64,000 bases of DNA, taken from contig JAPPLY010000057.1 in assembly GCA_028819305.1 (NCBI GenBank), forward strand, positions 30,432 through 94,431, given 5' to 3'. Below, piece after piece: positions 1-7,127 of the stretch (position 1 is its first letter; every line of letters starts with the position of its first letter). A model generated the notes under the pieces. That model was not told the DNA's origin. It ran no database searches and saw only the letters and a list, made by a program, of their open reading frames with translations. Source of the stretch: Bdellovibrionales bacterium (lineage in GTDB: Bacteria; Bdellovibrionota; Bdellovibrionia; Bdellovibrionales; UBA1609). Position numbers and translations under genes: made by a program.

Positions 1-1
1 G

Positions 2-208
2 AAAACTCCTTATAATACTTACCGCATTTCTCGGTTTCCCGCGGGTCCGATTAGTAATCCGGGAGAGGAGGCTTTAAAAGCGGTCTTTAAACCTAAAAAA
101 TCGGATTATTTATATTTTGTCAGCCGAAACGATGGCAGCCATGTTTTTTCTAAAACTTATAAAGAACATAAAAAAGCTGTGGATCGTTATCAAAGAGCTT
201 TTAAATAA
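2..208 (+). CDS. mltG: Endolytic murein transglycosylase MltG/YceG, C-terminal fragment (5' end lies outside the window)
   Basis: Frame 2 reads KTPYNTYRISRFPAGPISNPGEEALKAVFKPKKSDYLYFVSRNDGSHVFSKTYKEHKKAVDRYQRAFK*, the conserved YceG C-terminal block. Stop TAA at 206-208. Confidence 0.8.
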   Translation, partial: KTPYNTYRISRFPAGPISNPGEEALKAVFKPKKSDYLYFVSRNDGSHVFSKTYKEHKKAVDRYQRAFK

Positions 209-261
209 GGGTACATTTATCATAGGTTTTATTAAAGTTCGCCAATTAAAACCCTTTGGGT

Positions 262-2421
262 TTACCACCATTCGGGGTCTCCTGGTGGAAAAGGGTTAGA
301 AGCATTTTTATATTTGACTAAGAGATCATCTGATACCATTTTAACGGAATAGCCGGTGCGTCCTCCGTAGATACATCCGTTGGCGATTTTTCCTCTTGGG
401 CTAGGAGAGTAGGGATCCACTCCGGCCTCATGAACCCACTTAAAACACTCTCCAAAATTGGTTTCATTATTGGCATCATAATCGTTATCTCCACTATCAT
501 ATTTTCTTTTAGGAGGGTTCCATCCAGTCAAGAGCAGGTTTAGATTTTTGATATTATAAAAAGGTTTAGTGCTAGCAAAATCATTGTAAATAGAGGGGGT
601 CCTTGAGTTTAGAAGAGCGTAGTAGTCGGTTGGAATTCTTTTCCATATATTTTTATTTGGATCATTGTCATCATAGCCCACTTGTTCCAGAATACTGACT
701 CTGTCCCTAGGCCCCTCTTGTTTTTTAAATCTTGTTCCAAAGTTTCCTCGTAAGTAATTTTTATCCGGAATTAATTTATAGACTTTAGGGTAATACGTTT
801 GTTGATAATAAGGTAATATAGTAAAGTAAGTGACATCAAAAAGATCAGGCGCTACGGCGGCTATCTCCCATCCTCTGGGCCTTATATTAGTACCTCCTGT
901 GTAGTAGCCCTTGGCTAAGGGGTCCTGGTGTTCAGGAAATAGATCTTGCAGATAATAGATTATATTGTTCTCTTCTGGATTTGATTTTATATATTTAGCC
1001 CAGTAGTTATGAACGATGCTCGATCTTAAGCCCCATTTGTCTCCCGGGTAGCGGGAATAGTTGGGACTGTGCTTTTTATCTATTTCAAGAGAGGGTATTC
1101 TGGGCCTCGAAACCGGAGTAGGCTTAGGAAGAAGCGGGTCCATGGAGGGGGAGTCCTGAGTATCTGTTGTGTTAGGACCTATGGTGCCTCCAAAGGGTTT
1201 GGCAAAGGCTTTGGCTTTTAAAGTTATGTTTGTGCTAAAAGGGAGAAAAATTTGGTTTTTATAGTCTAACTCAGCCTTAACACTGTAAAAGACAATGAAG
1301 TTTTCTATTTTTTTCATCCCGGCGGAAGGAAGGCAGAATTTAGAATCTTCAGCGCAAAGCGGCCAGGACTGGTGAGGATCGTCAAAACCTGTTGCTATGA
1401 ATGTAAGGTCTTGAGCTTTTTGAGTGTTTTCGATTGTTTGAGGAGGGATTTGTAAAGTATCAATTTTCTTTTTACATGGCTTTGTGGGGTCAACATTCCA
1501 AGAATTGGAGTAGAATCCATGCCAGCCTTTAAGCTCCTGATCTCTTAACCATTTTTCCGGTGAGCTATCTTTTAAAGAACTAAACTGCTTAAGCTGGTCG
1601 GGGTTGGAATCGAAAGATTTTTTATTGATAAAGCTTAGGTTTCTTTTAAAAGTTTTGCGGACACCCTCACTAATGGATTTGTCATCCAGGTCTTTGTTCT
1701 CAGCTAAAACTTTAGCTAACTCATATATCATGTATTTCCTGGCACTTTGGTCGTATCTAAAATGAGCGAAAAAGTTTATACCTAACATCCATGAATTAAA
1801 ACCATAAAAATTACATTTGTCTGCGATTTCTCTTTGTTTACTTTGAGAGAGATTAAAATTGTTTTCTAGATGATGGGAATACTGTCCAAGATTAAAAACT
1901 CGTGGTGGTAAAACGAGAGCAGGAATGTCTGTGTTTATTTTTTCACACATGTGATCCCCATCCCGGTCAGGGCCTTCCTTGAATTGTGAGGAAGCATTGG
2001 GATCAGGATTTAGGAAATATTTCCAAAATGGATGTCCTACACAGACAAGGTAAGGACCTTCTTCCCTTCTATTTTCATAAACAGGTAAAGTGTGTTCGCT
2101 ATCAGTATCTGGGGCTCGTTTTAAGTCGGAATCCGTAATACTGACACTCCCCAGTACGCGGTATCTCCAGGTCAGAAGTTTCCAGGACTGACGAATTTGA
2201 TAATTAATATGAGCAATGGCGTTCATCATTTCCGCCTGCTTCATGGCTCCGTAATAGGCGGCGATATCCACCGAGTTTTGAAGATTGATTTTATCATGCA
2301 CTACTAAAGCTATGTTTAAGGACATAGCAAAGAGAATAAAAAGCACTTGAAAAATAAGAATGGCAAAAATGGATAATTGCCCTGTAACATGTCGTTTTTT
2401 TCTAGGTCTTAATGTCTTCAT
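262..2421 (-). CDS. Membrane-anchored protein with a TadE/TadG-like N-terminal domain (Flp-pilus TadG-like); the remaining ~650 aa are uncharacterised
   Basis: The ORF track gives 262..2472. I prefer the ATG at 2421 (MKTLRPRKKRHVTGQLSIFAILIF...) because 2425-2472 is a repeat copy. GQLSIFAILIFQVLFILFAMSLNIALVVHDKINLQNSVDIAAYYGA fits the Tad_N pattern (G..a..fAl..p.l........vD......LQ.A.DaAAlaGA). Confidence 0.5.
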   Translation of the reverse strand: MKTLRPRKKRHVTGQLSIFAILIFQVLFILFAMSLNIALVVHDKINLQNSVDIAAYYGAMKQAEMMNAIAHINYQIRQSWKLLTWRYRVLGSVSITDSDLKRAPDTDSEHTLPVYENRREEGPYLVCVGHPFWKYFLNPDPNASSQFKEGPDRDGDHMCEKINTDIPALVLPPRVFNLGQYSHHLENNFNLSQSKQREIADKCNFYGFNSWMLGINFFAHFRYDQSARKYMIYELAKVLAENKDLDDKSISEGVRKTFKRNLSFINKKSFDSNPDQLKQFSSLKDSSPEKWLRDQELKGWHGFYSNSWNVDPTKPCKKKIDTLQIPPQTIENTQKAQDLTFIATGFDDPHQSWPLCAEDSKFCLPSAGMKKIENFIVFYSVKAELDYKNQIFLPFSTNITLKAKAFAKPFGGTIGPNTTDTQDSPSMDPLLPKPTPVSRPRIPSLEIDKKHSPNYSRYPGDKWGLRSSIVHNYWAKYIKSNPEENNIIYYLQDLFPEHQDPLAKGYYTGGTNIRPRGWEIAAVAPDLFDVTYFTILPYYQQTYYPKVYKLIPDKNYLRGNFGTRFKKQEGPRDRVSILEQVGYDDNDPNKNIWKRIPTDYYALLNSRTPSIYNDFASTKPFYNIKNLNLLLTGWNPPKRKYDSGDNDYDANNETNFGECFKWVHEAGVDPYSPSPRGKIANGCIYGGRTGYSVKMVSDDLLVKYKNASNPFPPGDPEWW

Positions 2422-2424
2422 AAG

Positions 2425-2663
2425 GGTTTTTAATTGGTAAACTCCGTTAAAATCTATGTACTTTGAACCCACCGGGTTTTAATAGGTAAACTCCGTTAAA
2501 ATCTATGAACATTTACCTCATCTGCAAAAGTACTGTCATTCCCGGAAAACGGGAATCTGGTGTTTTTCAACCCCCACCGGGTTTTAATAGGCGAACTTTA
2601 ATAAAACCTATGATAAAATTTACCCTCTATAACCCAAGAGGTTTTAATCAGTATAACCTATTT
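2425..2663 (+). repeat. Cluster of four 'family J' repeat copies (core GGKTTTAATWGGTRMAC)
   Basis: Copies at 2425-2458 (gggtttttaattggtaaactccgttaaaatctatg), 2474-2507 (gggttttaataggtaaactccgttaaaatctatg), 2579-2612 (gggttttaataggcgaactttaataaaacctatg) and 2638-2663 (gaggttttaatcagtataacctatt). Confidence 0.75.
2531..2560 (+). repeat. Solo hairpin module of family E (tactgtcattcccggaaaacgggaatctgg)
   Basis: Stem attcccg/cgggaat. It is the near reverse complement of 2816-2845 (agattcccgctttcgcgggaatgacagtg), so the two form an inverted pair around ~250 bp of AT-rich DNA. Confidence 0.6.
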
Positions 2664-2810
2664 TCTTAGTTTTTTAATAATTATAAAAATCATAAATGTT
2701 TTCCCTCTTTTTTTGTTATGCCAGTTGAGCAAAAAAGCTTTTTTTCAAGACTTTTATACTGATTTGGTATAAAATTTCTGCTTTCGAAAAGAGACCAATT
2801 TCTCGTAACG

Positions 2811-2943
2811 ATTAGATTCCCGCTTTCGCGGGAATGACAGTGTTTTCACGGGACGGAGAGCCTCTTAGAGGGCTTTCTGTTTGACCTGTGGCAAAACGCA
2901 TGCCTATCCTCTCGAAAGCGAGGACATAACTGAACGGGTATAA
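2811..2943 (-). repeat. Family E repeat element, reverse orientation
   Basis: The reverse complement begins tatacccgttcagttatgtcctcgctttcgagaggataggc, which matches copy 34521 (tatgaccgaaaaggtcaggaagcctcgcttttaagaggataggc). It ends with the hairpin cattcccgcgaaagcgggaatct. Confidence 0.55.
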
Positions 2944-2957
2944 AAGGAAAGCAAAAT

Positions 2958-3872
2958 ATGAAGACGATGGTCCAGCGAGGGCTTTTAAGCCTTTTGGCTA
3001 TTTTTACGGTTTGTAGTTTTAGTTTTTTTTTGATTCATTTGGTTCCAGGGGATCCTGTGGATCTTATCTTAGGGGATCAGGCCTCTGCTTTGGATCGGGA
3101 AAAGCTCAGAGAAAGTTTGGGCTTGGATCAAAGCTTATGGAAGCAGTATAAAGGTTTTTTTTTAAAGCTCTTAAAAGGAGACTTGTCTTTTTCTCTTCAT
3201 TCTGGTGAACCGGTTTTAACGGAGTTAAAGCAGGCTCTTCCGGCTACCTTTCAATTGGCTTTTTTTGCTTTGTTTCTGGCTATTATGTGGGGAGTTTCCG
3301 CCGGGATTTTTTCTGTTTTAAAAAGAGGCTTGTGGGATACAGGGCTTTCTCTTCTCTCTCTTTTAGCTATGTCTCTTCCGGTTTTTTTTCTAGCTCCTAT
3401 TTTAATTTGGCTTTTTGCCCTTCAGCTTTCCTGGTTACCGGTGAGTGAAAAAGGGGATAGTTGGTTTTACTTTATTTTACCCGCTGTGAGCCTGGCCTTA
3501 CCTTTAGGAGCTGTGTTACTTAAAATGAGCCGGGCGGCTTTGTTGGAAGTGATAGAAAAAGATTATATTCGAACGGCTAAAGCCAAAGGACTTTCCTCTT
3601 TAAAGGTGAATTTAAAACATGGCTTGAAAAATGCCTTAGTGCCCATTGTGACTGTGGTGGGGCTTCAAAGTGGAGCTCTGCTTACAGGCACAGTGATTGT
3701 GGAAAGTATTTTTGACTGGCCCGGCCTGGGACTGTTGCTCTTAGAGGCTATTCAAAGAAGAGATTACCCCCTTGTTCAAGGGGCCGTGCTTTTGATCTCT
3801 GTTATCTATGTTTTAGTGAATTTAATAGTAGATCTGATTTATATCTATATTCATCCTAAAATGCGAACTTAA
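2958..3872 (+). CDS. ABC transporter permease, DppB/OppB family (peptide/nickel type)
   Basis: 304 aa and multi-TM. N-terminus LIHLVPGDPVDLILG. The EAA-loop region and C-terminus EAIQRRDYPLVQGAVLLISVIYVLVNLIVDLIY are typical of DppB/OppB. Confidence 0.85.
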   Translation: MKTMVQRGLLSLLAIFTVCSFSFFLIHLVPGDPVDLILGDQASALDREKLRESLGLDQSLWKQYKGFFLKLLKGDLSFSLHSGEPVLTELKQALPATFQLAFFALFLAIMWGVSAGIFSVLKRGLWDTGLSLLSLLAMSLPVFFLAPILIWLFALQLSWLPVSEKGDSWFYFILPAVSLALPLGAVLLKMSRAALLEVIEKDYIRTAKAKGLSSLKVNLKHGLKNALVPIVTVVGLQSGALLTGTVIVESIFDWPGLGLLLLEAIQRRDYPLVQGAVLLISVIYVLVNLIVDLIYIYIHPKMRT

Positions 3873-3889
3873 AGAGAGAGGGCCCAACT

Positions 3890-4702
3890 GTGAGGAAGAA
3901 AGTGAATATTAAAATTATTATAGGCTTAAGTAGTTTATGCTTACTTTCTCTTTTTGCCCTATTAGCCCCTCTTATTCGTCCTTATGATCCTTTAGCTATG
4001 AATTTATCCCGTTTGCTAGAGGTTCCTAGCTTAAAACATCCTTTCGGTTTGGACGAAAACGGAATGGATCTGCTCTCTCAAGTGCTTTACGGCGCGCGTG
4101 TTTCTCTATGGGTGGCAGGACAGGTAGTGTGTATTAGCCTTTTAGTGGGCTTGATGGTAGGTTCTATATCGGCTTGGTTCGGTTCGGTTGTAGATCAGAT
4201 TTTAATGCGTTTGGTGGATATGGTTTCGGCTTTTCCAAGATTTTTGTTGGCCTTAGCTCTTTTAGCTATGTTGGGGACTAGTGTGTTTAATTTGATTTTA
4301 GCTCTTTGTCTTTCCGGGTGGGCGGGCTTTGCCCGTTTAGTCCGAGCAGAAGTTTTACATCTGAAGAAAGAAGAGTATGTTTTAAGTGCTTTATCTTATG
4401 GAGCTGGTCCCGTAAGAGCTATGGTTTGTTATATCTGGCCCAATCTTTTAGGGCTTTTGTTAGTGCAAGCGGCTTTTTCCTTAGTGGCGGTGGTAATAGC
4501 GGAAGCGGGTTTAAGTTTTTTAGGTTTAGGAGTGCCGCCGGATATCCCTAGCTGGGGCCGGCTTTTAAGTTCGGGCCGGCAGGTTTTGGGAGAGGCCCCT
4601 CACTTAAGCCTTTTCCCAGGGCTTGCTTTATTTTCTTTAGTTTTAAGTTTTCAGCTTTTAGGAGATGGTTTAAGGGATTTTTTTGATCCTACCACTCAAT
4701 AA
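3890..4702 (+). CDS. ABC transporter permease, DppC/OppC family
   Basis: 270 aa. HPFGLDENGMDLLSQVLYGARVSL and the C-terminus PGLALFSLVLSFQLLGDGLRD are typical OppC/DppC blocks. GTG start 17 nt after the upstream permease. Confidence 0.85.
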   Translation: MRKKVNIKIIIGLSSLCLLSLFALLAPLIRPYDPLAMNLSRLLEVPSLKHPFGLDENGMDLLSQVLYGARVSLWVAGQVVCISLLVGLMVGSISAWFGSVVDQILMRLVDMVSAFPRFLLALALLAMLGTSVFNLILALCLSGWAGFARLVRAEVLHLKKEEYVLSALSYGAGPVRAMVCYIWPNLLGLLLVQAAFSLVAVVIAEAGLSFLGLGVPPDIPSWGRLLSSGRQVLGEAPHLSLFPGLALFSLVLSFQLLGDGLRDFFDPTTQ

Positions 4703-4913
4703 AGCCAGGGGGGGTTAATTGGTGCACTTCTTGGCAAAGTTGGTAAGCTAAAAAGAAAAACAACTCAATAAAGCCAGGGGGTTTAATTGGTGCACTTAAC
4801 TAGTTTATATGAAGTGTGATGGGGATACCTGGTTCAATAAGCCAGAAGATTTTTCCTGAAAGTAGTCTCTTTTTATAACACTCAATAAACCAAGAGGATT
4901 TTATTTGGTGAAG
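4694..4913 (+). repeat. Decaying tandem array of four copies of the dppC stop / RBS / start junction (family J related)
   Basis: actcaataaagccagggggggttaattggtgcactt 4694-4729; actcaataaagccagggggtttaattggtgcactt 4763-4797; ttcaataagccagaagatttttcc 4833-4856; actcaataaaccaagaggattttatttggtgaag 4880-4913. Copy 1 contains the dppC stop. Copy 4 contains the nagZ SD and TTG start. Confidence 0.8.
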
Positions 4914-5993
4914 AGTATGCAAACAAATGTTTCCATTTGGATAGGAATAAAAAGTTTTTCTTTGTCCCTGGAGGAAAAAAGAGCTATCGAGGAAGGCTTT
5001 ATTTCCGGAGTGCTTCTTTTTAAAAGAAATATAGAATCTTTATCTCAGCTATGGGAACTATGTCAGGAAATTCATAGTTTAAGACCGGCTCCCATCATTG
5101 CTATAGATCGGGAAGGGGGAGAGGTGGATCGCTTAAAACATCTCCCGGAGTATCCTCTTTGGCCTTCTCCAGCCGAACTGGCCCGGGTCTGTTCTTTAAA
5201 AGAGATTGAAAAAACCGCACTCTATATGTCTCAGGAAATAAGAGATTTAGGTATCTGTGTTAATTTTGCACCCTGTGTGGATATTCCCTCTGTATGTAAT
5301 CCTCTTTTTAAAGGCCGGCTTTGGGGAAAAAACTCAAAATCTATATCAGAAAAAGCGATCGCCTGGTTAAAGGGAGTTAAAAAAGCGGGATTAGCCTCTT
5401 GTGCAAAGCATTTTCCAGGTCATGGAGGAGTGAAGGAAGACTCCCATTTCGAGTTGCCAGTAGATCAAAGGAAATTTGAAATATTGAAAAATAGAGATAT
5501 CTTACCTTTTCAGGAAATGATTACGGAGAAAGTGGATATGATTATGACAGCACATGTGCTTTATCCTGAAGTGGATGCTCTTCATCCCGCCACTTTGTCT
5601 TCCTTTTTTTTACAAAAAGGGCTGAGAGAGAAAATGTCCTTTTCAGGACTGATTGTTTCTGATGATTTAGATATGAAAGCTTTGTATAAGGCCAATACTT
5701 CCTTACCGCAAGTTATGGTGCAGGCCCTGGAAGCCGGGGTGGATATTTTGTTAAAATGCAGTCCTTGTGCAAATGGATGGGAATGGGTGGAGGAGTTTAA
5801 GGAAGCTTTGAGTCAAAAAAAAATAGATCGGGAGCAAATTCAAAAAAATAAAGCAAGAGAGATTCGTATAAGTCAATTTAGGCAACAGTACTCTCACATA
5901 AAACCCTGTTCGTCTTTTAAAGGCTTAAAAAAAAGGTCCCAAAGTTTTGGGAACTGGTGTGATGAGTTACACAAAAGAATAGAGTCCATATAA
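4905..5993 (+). CDS. nagZ: Beta-N-acetylhexosaminidase NagZ (GH3, peptidoglycan recycling)
   Basis: AKHFPGHGGVKEDSHFELP (KHFPGHG...DSH motif) and GLIVSDDLDMKAL. SD aagagga lies 6 nt before the TTG at 4905. Confidence 0.85.
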   Translation: MVKSMQTNVSIWIGIKSFSLSLEEKRAIEEGFISGVLLFKRNIESLSQLWELCQEIHSLRPAPIIAIDREGGEVDRLKHLPEYPLWPSPAELARVCSLKEIEKTALYMSQEIRDLGICVNFAPCVDIPSVCNPLFKGRLWGKNSKSISEKAIAWLKGVKKAGLASCAKHFPGHGGVKEDSHFELPVDQRKFEILKNRDILPFQEMITEKVDMIMTAHVLYPEVDALHPATLSSFFLQKGLREKMSFSGLIVSDDLDMKALYKANTSLPQVMVQALEAGVDILLKCSPCANGWEWVEEFKEALSQKKIDREQIQKNKAREIRISQFRQQYSHIKPCSSFKGLKKRSQSFGNWCDELHKRIESI

Positions 5994-6109
5994 TAAGAGT
6001 TTAAAACACGATGGGTCTAATTTTAGAGATTAGGTTTTTTTTGTTATTATGAATTGATGGTATAATAAAGTTATTAGTGTTTTTTGTTTAAAAGGGATGG
6101 AAAAAAATA
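5901..6109 (+). repeat. Direct repeat DR1 (209 bp): last 93 nt of nagZ plus 116 nt downstream
   Basis: Read base by base against 6781-6990. The two are identical except for an A8 versus A9 homopolymer (5927-5934 vs 6807-6815). Confidence 0.95.
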
Positions 6110-6196
6110 CCCGTAGGGTATAGTGTTTTTCCTAAGAGAATAGAGGTCAAAGAGCTTCAGGCATGTGTTTTGCCTCTATGGATAAGGCAGAAAACC

Positions 6197-6229
6197 TTGA
6201 CTTTTTCTTAAAACAAGCTGATATATATT
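6197..6229 (+). promoter_or_regulatory. Possible sigma70-type promoter for hicBA
   Basis: TTGACT at 6197-6202, followed 17-21 nt later by a TA-rich run (gatatatattatac) offering several -10 candidates. Not resolvable by eye. Confidence 0.3.
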
Positions 6230-6363
6230 ATACTTGGCAAGTTGAGTTCTTCGGGGGAAGTTTTTTATTATGATAATATACTCAATCCGGTTTGAATCCT
6301 CCAAGAGAAAAGAAACTTTGAAGGACGCAAATTCTATACCAGTTCGGATAGAATAAGGAACTT

Positions 6364-6570
6364 ATGAGACAAATTATCATTAAACCAGGGGAAGATGGGT
6401 TTTGGCTCGCTGAATGTCCTAGTTTGCCCGGTTGCCTTAGCCAAGGACAATCCAAAAAAGAAGCTATAAAAAATATTCAAGAAGCTGTTGAGGGGTATAT
6501 TGAAGTTTTACAACAAGATGGAGATCCCATACCTGAAGATAATATGGAATCTGTCATTGTAGCAATATGA
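6364..6570 (+). CDS. hicB: HicB-family antitoxin (UPF0150 fold, short form)
   Basis: 68 aa. EDGFWLAECPSLPGCLSQGQSKKEAIKNIQEAVEGYIE is the classic HicB N-domain pattern. ATGA overlap with hicA. Confidence 0.85.
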   Translation: MRQIIIKPGEDGFWLAECPSLPGCLSQGQSKKEAIKNIQEAVEGYIEVLQQDGDPIPEDNMESVIVAI

Positions 6571-6779
6571 GCAAACTCCCCGTCCTTTCTGGCAAAGAAT
6601 GTGCTCAAATATTAAAAAGATATGGATTTGAGTTTCGCAGGCAGAAGGGAAGTCATATCATTTTACGGCATAGCTCTTCTAAAATACTTCTTACAGTACC
6701 TAATCATAAAGAACTTGATAGAGGAACATTAAGAGCTATTATCAGGCAGTCAGGGTTAGATATGAAAAAATTTTGTTGA
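6567..6779 (+). CDS. hicA: HicA mRNA-interferase toxin
   Basis: 70 aa. LKRYGFEFRRQKGSHIILRH...LTVPNHKELDRGTLRAIIRQSGL matches the HicA/YcfA signature (GSH...H.. .l..gtl..Il.q.gl). Confidence 0.85.
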   Translation: MSKLPVLSGKECAQILKRYGFEFRRQKGSHIILRHSSSKILLTVPNHKELDRGTLRAIIRQSGLDMKKFC

Positions 6780-6780
6780 T

Positions 6781-6874
6781 AAACCCTGTTCGTCTTTTAA
6801 AGGCTTAAAAAAAAAGGTCCCAAAGTTTTGGGAACTGGTGTGATGAGTTACACAAAAGAATAGAGTCCATATAA
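6781..6874 (+). pseudogene. Detached, frame-shifted copy of the last ~31 codons of nagZ
   Basis: This is the portion of DR2 corresponding to nagZ 5901-5993. It has an extra A in the homopolymer, no start codon and no upstream gene body. Confidence 0.7.
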
Positions 6875-6990
6875 TAAGAGTTTAAAACACGATGGGTCTA
6901 ATTTTAGAGATTAGGTTTTTTTTGTTATTATGAATTGATGGTATAATAAAGTTATTAGTGTTTTTTGTTTAAAAGGGATGGAAAAAAATA
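6781..6990 (+). repeat. Direct repeat DR2 (210 bp), second copy of the nagZ 3' end plus downstream sequence
   Basis: Starts immediately after the hicA stop (TGA 6777-6779). See DR1. Confidence 0.95.
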
Positions 6991-7076
6991 GACATATAGT
7001 TTTTTATTTTATCTAAACATGAGATATACCGATCAGGTTTGAAAATGCCGGATGTAAAGACGGGGTAGTTCGTAGC

Positions 7077-7106
7077 AAAAGGGATGGAAAAAAATACCCG
7101 TAGGGT
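7077..7106 (+). repeat. 30-bp direct repeat, partner of 6090-6119
   Basis: aaaagggatggaaaaaaatacccgtagggt occurs identically at 6090-6119 and 7077-7106. A truncated 20-nt version ends DR2 (6971-6990). Confidence 0.9.
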
Positions 7107-7127
7107 TTTTATAGGATTGTCGTTTTT

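Noticed and set aside
4306-4551. 81-aa alternative-frame ORF inside the dppC-like gene (and similar same-strand ORFs at 40074..40355, 31271..31534, 46363..46581)
   Set aside because: They are nested in confidently called genes in other frames and have no independent support.
4694-4913. Possible CRISPR mini-array (35-36-nt repeats with 33-35-nt spacers)
   Set aside because: Only two units are well conserved. The first repeat overlaps the dppC stop codon and the last overlaps the nagZ start. Related motifs are dispersed singly elsewhere (2425, 8151). No cas genes or leader are present in the window.
4694-7106. Diversity-generating retroelement (VR at the gene 3' end plus a downstream TR copy) as an explanation for the 3'-end duplications
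   Set aside because: No reverse transcriptase or accessory gene is in the window. The nagZ repeats are identical rather than showing adenine-specific differences. The other arrays span stop codons and RBS sequence rather than a variable C-terminal domain.
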